Below are positions 50,047 through 60,814 of a stretch of 64,000 bases of DNA, one piece after another. Every line of letters begins with the position of its first letter. Positions within the stretch are counted from its first letter, which is position 1. Under the pieces are notes generated by a model. It made no database searches. It was not told where the DNA came from and saw only the letters and a program-made list of their open reading frames with translations. Source of the stretch: Chrysemys picta bellii (lineage: Eukaryota). The stretch covers positions 6,200,001 to 6,264,000 of the forward strand of contig NC_088794.1 in assembly GCF_011386835.1 (NCBI RefSeq), in the 5' to 3' direction. The position numbers were made by a program, and so were the translations under genes.

Positions 50047-51003
50047 ATGCTTTTGATGATGCCCAGAGGAAATGAGAGCACCGTGTCTCTATTTCTGCTG
50101 CTGGGATTCTCCAGTCTAGAAGAGCGGCAGGTTCTGCTTTTCCTGGTGTTCTCCCCGGTGTACGTGATAATCCTGACCTCCAACATCACCATCATGGCAG
50201 CCATCAGTGTTGATCGGAGCCTCCATACCCCCATGTACTTCTTACTCTTCGCTTTGTCCTTCTCGGAAACCTGCACCACTATGGCTGTCGTCCCCAAGCT
50301 GCTGGTGAGTTTGCTGTCAGGAAACCAAACAATTTCTTTCCTGGGATGCGCTGCTCAAATGTTCTGCTTCTTTGGCTTCGGGGGCACAAATTGTTTCCTG
50401 CTGTCAGCCATGGCTTACGATCGCTATGTGGCCATATGTAAGCCGCTGCAATACCCAGTTGTGATAAACAGGAGGGTTTGCGTTGAGCTGGTCGCCGTTT
50501 CATGTGCAACTGGCTTTCTTATAGCACTAGGCATCAGTTCCCTTACATTCAGTTTGCCCTTCTGTGGGCCCAATGCCATCAGACATTTCTTCTGTGACAT
50601 CTCGCCCGTTCTGAGGCCGGCGTGCAGTGACCATCATATCATTGGGATTGCCATTGTTTTTCTGTGTGCCTTTGTTTTGCTAGGCACCTTCACAGGAATC
50701 ATCCTCTCTTACATCTATATCCTCGCCGCCATCCTGAAGATCCGCTCTGCCACAGGCAGGCGCAAGACCTTCTCCACCTGCGCCTCCCACCTCATCGTTG
50801 TGATCACACACTTCAGCTGTGCTTTTTTTGTGTATTTAATACCCAAATCAACCGCTTCCCTAGATGAGGACACTTTGATTGCCTTGTCTTATACCTTGTT
50901 TAGTCCTATGTTGAACCCTGTGGTTTATAGTCTGAGAAACAGGGAAGTTAAATCAGCCCTAAGGAAATTAACTGCCCACACATTTCTTTCTCCAAAAATG
51001 TGA
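50047..51003 (+). CDS. Olfactory receptor, OR10-like, 318 aa, intact
   Basis: [71 protein letters not shown]. Subfamily assignment is from motif resemblance only. Confidence 0.95.
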   Translation: MLLMMPRGNESTVSLFLLLGFSSLEERQVLLFLVFSPVYVIILTSNITIMAAISVDRSLHTPMYFLLFALSFSETCTTMAVVPKLLVSLLSGNQTISFLGCAAQMFCFFGFGGTNCFLLSAMAYDRYVAICKPLQYPVVINRRVCVELVAVSCATGFLIALGISSLTFSLPFCGPNAIRHFFCDISPVLRPACSDHHIIGIAIVFLCAFVLLGTFTGIILSYIYILAAILKIRSATGRRKTFSTCASHLIVVITHFSCAFFVYLIPKSTASLDEDTLIALSYTLFSPMLNPVVYSLRNREVKSALRKLTAHTFLSPKM

Positions 51004-51566
51004 AAAGTTGCAAATTTCGGCACTTCTAATATATCAATGACTTCTGCATGATGTCACTGTTGCCCATGGTATGGTCTTCAAGGCACCAACCTCGTCTTTC
51101 TCTTTGTCGGGGCATAAAGAGCACCTGTGGGTCAGTATAAATAATGGACAGTAAAAGAATATTGTTGCTTCTTATTCTGAAAGCAGCATTGCCCCTCTGC
51201 CAATGTCTGGGGCCTTGCAAGTCAGCTTCCCGGCAGCAGTTAAATCTATGATGCAGAGTCTGGCTGTATTCTGAGTGTAACTTGCTTTATTCACACATCT
51301 CTACCAGTCCTGAAATGAGATGGTCAAACAACATGCAGGGCCATCTCTTATTCCAGGAATCTCATCCCAACACTGATACCCAGGGAGCAACTCTGCCTCA
51401 AAAATTGACTTTAATCAGAGACCAAGACGGACAGCAAACTCTCCTGCCACTCACACAACTCCCATTCCCCCCGAAGCTGCCTCTACAACCAAAGCCTTAC
51501 TTTACCCAAAGATGATAACAACACCGCATGTTCCCCTCAAGAGTCAAAACTTGCTTGCACACTAAG

Positions 51567-51836
51567 AGGATGTTTACACTGGCACTGAAGGTGTAATTTT
51601 CAGCTAGGGTAGACCTACCCCTTCTAGCTCTGATCAAGTTAGCATGCTAAAAACAGAAGCGTAGCCATGGTGGTGCGAACGGCAGGATGGGTTAGCCACC
51701 CCGAGAATGATCTCATTTGAAACCTTTGGCATGTAATCGGGCATAAGCTCTCATGCTGTCAGGGCTACACTTCTATTTTTAGCATGCTCGTTCGATCAGA
51801 GCTAGAAGGGGTATGTCTACCTGAGATGGATGTTAC
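51567..51836. mobile_element. Palindromic MITE-like element
   Basis: ~60-bp imperfect inverted repeat: agggtagacctaccccttctagctctgatc... versus ...gatcagagctagaaggggtatgtctacct. Confidence 0.65.
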
Positions 51837-52867
51837 AAAAAGAACGGAGACCATGTACAACAGCACCACCTGATGATGCCCGCATAACAATACTTTTTCT
51901 CTCCTATTTTTTATCATCTCTGTATATGTATAAGTGCAAAGTGTTATTACGGCCAGTTAGTGGCAATGAAGGAGTTCCTGACTTCTAGCCTTTTAATCAA
52001 CATGACACACAGACAGCTCAGTACCTTTCCCCCACAAATACACAGATCTTTGCTGGAATGGAGGTATCAGTATTTGGAATATCAGGGAAGGTGGCTGAAC
52101 GACTGCCACAGTTTGAGGTTTAAATATAGCTGGTGGGTTTTTTCCCACAGGAAAAAAGGGATAAACTTTTTTTGTGAAAAATTTTCCCCGTTTTTTGACC
52201 AGCTCCAGTTTTTGTCAATAGACAGCCCCACCCGCCCTTCTCCCATCTCCCTGAGATAACTGCCGATATCCCAGCACAACCATTTCTTCCCATGTAAATA
52301 TTATAAAGGAAAATAACCTCTTAAAGCTCCCTGCTTCCAATTCTTGCCCCCAGTGCATCACTTTGCTTGTGTGAGTTGAGGACCAGGGGGTATTTGCTTA
52401 TGCCACTAAACTTGTTAAACTGAAAAATAACTTCAAATTATTATTTTTTTTCCCCAAAAGATCAGGGTGAAATTAAAGGCAATTTATGGTCCTAGGTAGA
52501 TCATGACATGTTCCTTCCCCCTTCCCCGTAAACTCACCCTCCACTTGGAATGGTGATGACGAAAGTGCCATCCCCTTCCAGAGAGGCAAGGCTAATGCAT
52601 TTTCTCACCCAGGAATAGTATTGTGTTCATTCGTCCCTCTCTAGGGGAGCATCAGGAGTTTCCTCTGCCCCTAGAGATGAAGGGGTGGTGGCAGGACACC
52701 CCCCCACCAGTACATACCCCAGCAGCTAGGGTGTATCTGTTTTTGAAGAGAGCAAGCCAACTGAATTCCTCCATTCTTGCCACACACAGCTCTCTGCTGG
52801 GATGGGTTGGCATGGCTCCCAAAGCAGTGTGTCCTGCCGTTAACATCCCATTCAGATGCATGGGGCA

Positions 52868-53680
52868 GGTAACGGAATAGACCCATGTTCACACACTACA
52901 CGGTATTGTTATAATGCTTGTACAAGGTTTGCCTTGTGAGGTATTAGTTAAAACTCATAACTTGCTGATGAATATCATGGCAAAATGCACATGGCATCAT
53001 TACATGTAAAGTTAGGAACATAAGATGAAATCATGACTCAAGCATGTTTCCCAGATAAGTCCAGGGAGTAGCTAAACCACTTCCTCAGAGACAAAGGGCA
53101 AGCTGATACTTCAGGTGTCAAGTCTGACTCAACAAGGCTGATAGACCATTACCTGCCAAGTGGCCATTCTTTGACAAGGAAAGGGGCAGGGATAGAAATC
53201 TACATTTTAGCAAAGAAACTGCATGGAGTTTCCTTTCTTCACCAGACTGCCTGTCACCTTTCTCCTAGCTGGAAATGCTTCTCAATGGGGGGCAGGACTA
53301 TAAAAAGAAGGGACAGACACCCCAAGACTCCCATCATCTCTCTCCCTGTCTATCTCTGGCATCACACCTAAGAAGATAAAAGAAAATAGTCACTGGACTA
53401 ACGGGGAGGGATCCAGACCTAAGAGTTTGGTCAGTAATAGGCTGGAGTCTGTAGTGAGAAACTTTGTTTGAATCTAACCTAGTTTATTAAATTAGGCACT
53501 AGTAACTATTTTATCTTTATTTTTCTTATAACAGTTTGTGACTTTTCAGCCTCATTACTTGTACTCACTTAACATCTATCTCTTTGTAATTAATAAACTT
53601 GTTTTACTGTTTTACCTAGTCCAGTGTGTTTAAATTGGAGTGTCTGTCTATTCTATTTAAAATAATAAGATGGCATGTAC
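52868..53680 (+). mobile_element. LTR-like element (solo or truncated)
   Basis: TATAAAAAG at ~53298, downstream AATAAA at ~53591, composition resembling turtle LTR families; ends not resolved. Confidence 0.6.
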
Positions 53681-54179
53681 TTGGTGGATCAGACAGATGC
53701 TCATGAGAAAGAGGATAAATAAGGTGGGGAAGGAAAACGTCACATGAGGGAGGGTGTGACAGCAGGAATACAAGTCTCCTATCCCAAATATTCAGGATTT
53801 AGATGAAGCAGGGCCAGGTGGTGATATCATCTGGTTCCTTCTCTCTGGCTTGGTCTGGTCAGGACGTCTTTCAGGATCAGGACGATGAAGGCCCAATTGT
53901 GTCATGGTGGATGCCAGAGGATGATGGAGGTGGCAGCCATACTGGTAAAGCTCAGGCCTTCCAACCCACTTGTCCCCATGCTATGATGTAGTGACCCCAC
54001 CCCCAGATAAACAGCATCCATTGAGGGATGGATACTACATCCCTGGATCATTAACCTATCCAAGCACGTTTGGGTGGATTCAACTATAAACATTTCCTCC
54101 CATTTGTAGAATCTTTCAGCTCATTGCCGTGCCAACCCATGACTTTACCAGGTGCCTTGCAGACCCCTTAGTGCTGCTC

Positions 54180-55740
54180 CTTTAACCCAACCATCCAGTC
54201 CATAGCAGTCTCTGTGTCTCCATCTTTTGCTGACTTTCATACACAATTGTATGTAACAAGCTGAGCGGGATTCCTGTTACCTGGGATATCTTAGATTTCA
54301 TGCATCTGTGCAATGTGGGGCTGGCTCCATGACTGGGGGCACCAGGCAGGAGAGCTGAGACTGTGGCCCCGTTTTGCCAAGGACTGAACCAGCACATGTT
54401 AGAGGCAAGTCCCCAAATTGCTTATAATATAAATAAGCAAAGGCAGAGAGAGGGAAATAGATTTCCTGAAGGTCATACAGCAGGTCAAAGTTAGGAGTAG
54501 ATTCCAGGTCTCCTGGGTCCCAGCCCAGTTCCGAATCCACTAGACCTGTTAGAGTCTCAGGTTTTTTCAATGATTTTGTAAAAATCCTCTATTGCTACAT
54601 CAATTGCAGTAAGAGCATAGGATAAGCCTGTGTTAGTATGTCTAAGGGCTTGGGTGGTTTGGCTTTTGACCCAAGAATTGTATGACCTCTCAGAATTTAG
54701 GTTAAGCGTATTTAGTATAGAATTGGTGCTTCCAAAAAATCCTCCAATATCACCTAAGATGCTATATTTTTGTCTTTTGGCTGTGCGGGCCCGAATAACA
54801 TATTGGTGTATTAGAAACTGTAGCTGGTCCTGCAGCCATTGCAGGGAGCTGGGGTGATCTGAGCATACATTTCGCAAAGGTGCCGAAAAATTGGACAAAT
54901 CATATTTAACCTGAAGAGAGACCATAAGAACATCATGCAAAAGTGTTTTGTTGGGGCCTACTTGAATCATGCCATCCGGTGGGATAGGGTACAATGCCGG
55001 ACAGATAGTAGGTGAGGAGTATGTTCAAATGGTCAGGTTGTAACATCGTATATCAGTACAATGTGAACGTTTAACAGGGTGTACACAGTATTCCTGACAA
55101 TAGAGTCCCTCCATCCCAGGTTCCCACAGCAGAGGAGGAACATCCGTCCATCCCACATTTATAAACACTGTTAGGTTAATAAAAAGTGCCCAAGCCTCCC
55201 ACAAACATTCACACCGATACTCTCCCAACCCATTAGCAGTCTCCTAAATGTTGTGAATCTCGACCAATCCATCCGAGGCCCTGGAAATAGAATGGTTTGT
55301 TTGTTCTAGAGGAGTGTCCGTAAATTAACACTCTGTCCTTTGGTTCCACTCCCAACATTCTGTGGTCTTGTACCCTGAAATTGGGGGTCCTATATGAGTG
55401 GGCCCACATCCCATGAAGCTAAATACCCAGTAACAGTCCAGATTCAGTGAGATGCAGGGAGGGAGCCGAAGACTGCTCCCGGACTGTGGTAGTCGAATTG
55501 GGACCTCAGAGCCTGGATGTTTTTGGAGGCGAGCTGTAACCACAATACGTCCCAGGTGATCTGGCCGAGAGGTAAGCCAGATGTCTGGCTTTTTTTTACC
55601 CATTCGCCACTGCCTCTTGTAGGAAGTTGCACATACTGACCAGCTTTGAAGCAGGTATCTTGTGTGACATGTACCAAAGGCGGGTCCCAGGAGGCTGCAT
55701 CAGGTATATTTACCAAGAGGATTAACATGGGGAACCACAT
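54180..55740 (-). pseudogene. Decayed env-like (retroviral-type fusion glycoprotein) gene
   Basis: Signal-peptide-like start MWFPMLILLV; ORFs 55325-55603, 55025-55228 and 54557-54994 share one frame; several N-x-S/T sequons; basic site RTAKRQKY followed by Gly-rich hydrophobic SILGDIGGFFGSTNS and a heptad-like helix. Confidence 0.6.
54430..54548 (-). mobile_element. Degenerate MIR-type SINE inserted into the env-like gene
   Basis: Minus strand gtctagtggat...ggctgggacccaggagacctgg...cctgctgtatgacctt...ccctctctctgcct. Confidence 0.65.
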
Positions 55741-57218
55741 TTGTTACCTAGAAGGATACAATATGTTGCTCTTTGCATCTACAACGAGATGGCTTTTGCT
55801 GGTGAGGGATCCTTCAGCTTCCTGGCTGAGGAAAATGGGCCAATTTCCTTTGAAACTAAGAACAGGGAATGAAGTGAGCTCATGAAGTGAGCCCAAGTTT
55901 TGAAGACAACACGTCCATGTGCAGTTATCCCCAGAGGAATTGAAAGACATTTTAATGATCCCATCAGTGCTTAGCCTGATGTGCAGACCTCTGGGGACCA
56001 CCCAGGGATTACATCTGCAAATGCCACTAAAACTAATATATAAACAAACCCAGCGGTCTCCAAATACAATTCTTTTGGCGGGGTCAACAATGACAGACAT
56101 CTGTCTGCTGCCGGTGGGTTTCATCACTCTGGTTCTGATGGAGCTGGCGTAAATATTCTCTTTTGACTTTTTTTTTTTTGCAAGTGGAAATAGTTCTGAT
56201 TTGGAGTCAATTCACCTGGAGAAGGGACTGTCTGAAGAGTCCATCTATTATTGTGTTCCTTTTGCACAGTAACACAATGCTGAGGAAAGTCATGCTGATG
56301 CCTCAAGTAATCTGGGAAACACAAGTGATTGCTTAGGTAAGAGTAATGTATGAAAAAAAGGGCAGTGGAAGTTGATGTTACAAAAAGGCCACATTCTCAA
56401 TGGCTGTAACTTCTCTGAAATCAATGCTCATTTGCTCTAGTTGAGGGCCTGACTTACGATAGGGGAGGGGTAGCTCTGGTATACTTAATGATGGGACTTG
56501 TCTACTGTTGAACAGCTGGTTTCTGTAAGTGCTTTACAATCAGCGTGCTTGCTTGGGATGTCTTGAAAATTGCGCTGCCTCCTGGAAGCCAAGGGTAAGG
56601 TCCAAATGGATAGTCGCTTGTGCTTGGAATTCTCGAGGTACAGCCCCACGGTTCTGAGTGCTTGCTAACCCAAGTCAGACTGCTTTGAGTGTGGACTGAA
56701 GGGGACTTGGGCTCAAAGCTGACTCCCGGGCTTCGTGTGCATTGTGGGCATCCCAAGGCTGGCTCAAGGTGACAGTCTGCGCTCATCGAGTCTTAGCATC
56801 ACTCTTGAACTGTGAGCTTCAGTCCTGGCCCTGGCAGCTTCCTTAACCTGTGTGTGGACGTTAGTTACATTCCGCAGAGGTTTCTTTTGGAACTTTTGCC
56901 CTGAGAGCAAAGCTCCTGGTTTAGGGGCTGATTTTTCGAGGTGCTCCAAAATGTGTCGGCATCAGGGGATTGACTTTAAAGTGACATGTTCTAACCAAGC
57001 CAGGGATGGGATCTGAGATATACATTTGGGATCATTTTGTTCCGAGGATCCAGCCATGCAGCCCTTCTTAAAATTAACTGCTTATAATTTTCAGAGTACT
57101 AAAATCGACATAGATAGGTAAATTGATTTCAAACGTGATATGCTGCAAGGCAGCTTGGAGTAGAGCTGGCGGTGCTATTTGGGGGTAATTTGGTTAAGAG
57201 ATTCCTGAGAAGCCAGGA

Positions 57219-57575
57219 CAGGGGTTCTCAACCTTTCTCTTTCTGAGTCATCCCACCCCCAACACGCTATAAAAACTCCAGGGCCCAGCTGTGCTACAAC
57301 AACTGTGTTTCTGCTTATAAAAGCCAGGGCCGGCATTAGGGGATAAAATTGCCTGGGGCCCTATACCACAGGGGGTCCGCGAAGCTAAGTTGCTCAGGCT
57401 TTAGCTTCAGCCTCGGGTAGTGGGGCTTGGGGCCACGGGCTGCAATCCTGTACGGTGGGGCTTTGGCCTTCTGTCCTGGGCCCTAGCAAGTCTAATGCCA
57501 GCCAAGCTTGGAGGAAACCCTGAAACCTGCTCACGGCCCGCCCAGGGGCCCCGGACTCCTTGTTGAGAACTACAG
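57219..57575. mobile_element. Non-autonomous hAT-type element
   Basis: caggggttctcaac...gttgagaac terminal inverted repeat; TSD not clear. Confidence 0.6.
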
Positions 57576-58129
57576 AGGTAGGGAACAAAACTAGGGATCT
57601 GACTGCTATGCCATATACCATTGGACTGTCCTGGGATCAGCCCCTTTGTGAGTGACACACACTAAGCAGTGTACTCCCTTGGTGACTTAAGGGCCCAGGT
57701 CCTGTCCCTAGAATGAAAGGACCGTGTGTCCCCACCCTTTACTCCAGTATTTTGTGTGCTGTCCGCCTTAGTGCTCTCAAGGTGCCTTTCTGCTCAGTGT
57801 TTGGGACCACAAGGAAGCAACTTTGGAAGCATGAGCGGGACGGTCACTTTAGAGGATGTCCAGCCCTCCACAAACATCCCCCCCCACACACACAATGCCA
57901 TAGAGCTATCTGCCGACGTCTTGGTGGGGGACAGTTTGGGGGGCAGTGCTGGGTCAGAGCCTGGATGGTGATGGAGAGCCTTGATGATATGGGAGGGAAT
58001 AGTTGCCACACAGAAAATGACACGGGAGAGGCCAGTGTAAGGGTCCCAGCCAGGATAAATCACCCATCTGTTGGGATAGGCTCACTGAACGCCTGCCTGG
58101 CAGCACTAGATATGATGAACTGGGTCTGT

Positions 58130-58640
58130 GCCAGCCACGAGGAACAAATGTGCTCAACGCATAGCACGGGCACACGGGACAGGGTGAGGAGCTGAGAATG
58201 GGCGTGCTCGGTGCATGGTACAGTACATAGCTCTGGGATTGTAGCTGGGAGCTGAGAATACATCAATGAGAGCAGACTAAGGAACCGTGAATGGGCTTGC
58301 TCGATGAATGGCACATGCACACAGTGCTGGGACAAGGACTGGAAGCTGGGGATGGGAATGTGATCTGCCTGGCACAAGTCCAACAAGGGCTGAGTTGCAA
58401 TCCTACAGGCACATTCAGGGCACGTTCAGTGTGTGGCATGGTGCACTGACCAGGTGTGGTCAGTGCGTGGCACAGAACACAGGTCTGGGATCATAGTTGG
58501 GAGCAGAAAAGATGCATGCTTGGTGCATGCACCTGGCACACACTATGAGACCAGTGTAGGGATCTGGAAATAAGTATGTTTGGTGCATTGTGCAGGCACA
58601 CAACTCTGCCACTGGGATGGGGAGCTGCGAATGGGCTCTG
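58130..58640. repeat. Degenerate ~55-60 bp tandem repeat array
   Basis: Recurrent minus-strand motif ccattcNcagctccc...cccag...tgtgtgcc...tgcaccNagc. Confidence 0.5.
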
Positions 58641-58854
58641 TAGTAAGAAATGTATGAGTGCCCATGTGTCATATCCTTTCTCACACTGCGTAGAAGCTTG
58701 TTACGCAAAGATTCCCATTAGTCAATGGTAAAGCTCATTGATGTGGATTATGGTCTCAGATTCTGGGTTTTCTATAACCTTGGAAGCTTATTCCAATACT
58801 TACCTATCCTTAGAGTTAGAGAGTTTCCTCCTCATAACTAACCTAACCTGGAAG

Positions 58855-59381
58855 GTTGGTCGAAGCATGAAGGGGCATACAAATGTTTAGCATATCTGGA
58901 TGTAAATACTTTTCAACACTGGCTACAACAGTGCCATGCAAATGCCTCTTCTCACTTTCAGGTGACATTGTAAATAAGAAGTGGGCAGCATTATCGCCTG
59001 TAAATATAAACAAACTTGTTTGTCTTAGTGATTGGCTGAACAAGAAGTAGAACTGAGTGGACGTGTAGGCTCTGAAGTTTTACACTGTTTTGTTTTTGAG
59101 TGCAGTTATGTAAAAATAATTTTACATTTGTAAGTTGCACTTTCACAATTAAGAGATTGCAGTATGAGGTGAATTGAAAAATACTATTATCTTTTTTACA
59201 GTGCAAATATTTGTAATAAAACAATAACACAAAGTGAGCACTGTACAATTTGTGTTCTGTATTGTAACTGGAATCAATATATTGTTGAAAACATCCAAAA
59301 ATATTTAAATAGACAGTGTTCTATTATTGTTAAATCTGCAATTATTTTTTTATCTCACAATTATATTTTAATTGTTTGACA
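58855..59381 (+). mobile_element. hAT transposon 3' remnant (dimerisation domain)
   Basis: With one frameshift: WSKHEGAYKCLAYL/CKYFSTLATTVPCKCLFSLSGDIVNKKWAALSPVNINKLVCL, the hAT C-terminal motif (PATSVPSERLFS..G-like). Confidence 0.8.
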
Positions 59382-59389
59382 GACGTACT

Positions 59390-59555
59390 AGTTTGCTTAT
59401 GAAAATGTTATGTGCGACTGTGTCAAAAGCCTTACTAAAATCTATATCCTATCTACTGCTTCACCTCATCTTCTAGGCTGGTTACACTGTCAAAGAAGGA
59501 CATTAGGTTGAGTTGACATGATTTCTTCTTGACAAATCCGTGTTGGCTGTTACTT
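59390..59555 (-). mobile_element. CR1-type reverse transcriptase fragment
   Basis: Plus-strand gtcaaaagccttactaaaatcta and catgatttcttcttgacaaatcc correspond to the degenerate DFSKAFD and QHGF..KKSC region on the minus strand. Confidence 0.6.
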
Positions 59556-59878
59556 ATTGTTGGCAATGGGGATTGAACTACGGCTCTGACTTTAACAGTA
59601 TGAGCGTCTGCTGCCAGAACTCAAAGACCCAACTGTGTAGCCTGAAGCCAGTAGCAGACTCTTAAATCTCGATATGGTCTAGTCACTACAGGGACCCAGA
59701 GAAGCAGAGGGTATATTTGATAGTTATAATATCTTCAGACCTATGCACTGACTACAGTTTATGCTTTATTGAAAGTGACAGAATTACACCAAGGGGTTTG
59801 CACTCAGCCCTTCTTTGTCTCCTCTTTCAGTGTACACCTCACTTTTCTCACCTGCCGAGGACAGTGCATCTGGGATAA

Positions 59879-60814
59879 ATGGGAGAGAGAAATCGTACTC
59901 TGGTGACTGAGTTCATCTTGGTGGGATTCACAGACAACCTGAAGCTGCAGGTCACCCTCTTTGTAGTGTTTCTGTTGATCTACTTGCTGATCCTAATGGG
60001 GAACCTCACCTTGGTCACCTTAATCAGGACTGACTCCCGACTTCACACCCCCATGTACTTTTTCATCAGCAACCTGGCCCTCTTAGATGTCGGCTACTCC
60101 ACCATCATAATTCCCAGCACGCTGATGACCTTTGTAGCAAGGAGCAAGGTCATTTCAGTCACTGGATGCACTGTGCAGTTTTTCTTCTTCTCCATCGCCA
60201 TCTCTTGTGAATGCTGGCTGCTGAGTGTGATGGCGTATGACCGCTTCACGGCCATCTGCAGCCCATTGCTCTACACCGTCATCATGTCCAAGCGGTTCTG
60301 CGTGCTGCTGGTGCTGGGGTCATATTTCATGAGCTGTCTGAATTCAATGGTTCAAACTGCATTTATATTCCATTTGTCATTCTGTGATGCCTATATCAAT
60401 CATTTCTTCTGTGATGTGCCCCCCATTGTGAAGCTGTCCTGCTCCGACACCCACATCACAGACATTGTTCATTTCACCTGTGCGACGATGCTAGTAACAA
60501 CTACCATCCTGATTATCCTCGTCTCCTATATATACATCGTGGTCACTATCCTAAGGATCAACTCTGCCAAGGACCAACGCAAAGCCTTCTCCACCTGCGC
60601 CTCCCACCTGATGGCCATCACCATCTTCTACGGAACGGGCTCTTTCATGTATTTACGGCCTAGTTCAAAGTCTTCCATGGATCAGGACAAAATCATCTCT
60701 GTGTTTTATACCCTTGTGATCCCCATGCTGAACCCCCTGATCTACAGCCTGAGGAATAAAGAGGTCAAAGAGGCCTTTAGGAGGATAAGAGAGAGGAAGG
60801 TTTTTTCTCTGTAA
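59879..60814 (+). CDS. Olfactory receptor, OR5-like, 311 aa, intact; older paralog of 40205-41149
   Basis: Full OR motif set; long stretches match the 40205 gene ([32 protein letters not shown]); same 5' flank catctgggataaATG. Confidence 0.97.
   Translation: MGERNRTLVTEFILVGFTDNLKLQVTLFVVFLLIYLLILMGNLTLVTLIRTDSRLHTPMYFFISNLALLDVGYSTIIIPSTLMTFVARSKVISVTGCTVQFFFFSIAISCECWLLSVMAYDRFTAICSPLLYTVIMSKRFCVLLVLGSYFMSCLNSMVQTAFIFHLSFCDAYINHFFCDVPPIVKLSCSDTHITDIVHFTCATMLVTTTILIILVSYIYIVVTILRINSAKDQRKAFSTCASHLMAITIFYGTGSFMYLRPSSKSSMDQDKIISVFYTLVIPMLNPLIYSLRNKEVKEAFRRIRERKVFSL

Larger units (their letters stand above)
31774..50782. repeat. Right arm of giant inverted segmental duplication (may extend further right; partner lies outside the window)
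   Basis: Reverse complement of 1-21640 apart from indels; the indels found approximately account for the ~2.6 kb length difference. Confidence 0.97.

Noticed and set aside
52868-53680. 3' LTR belonging to the env-like element
   Set aside because: TATA and AATAAA signals are on the plus strand, opposite to the env-like gene; no matching second LTR found upstream.
57713-58195. 160-aa ORF and an overlapping 81-aa ORF with signal-peptide-like start
   Set aside because: No recognisable domain; overlapping ORFs on both strands; within repeat-like DNA.
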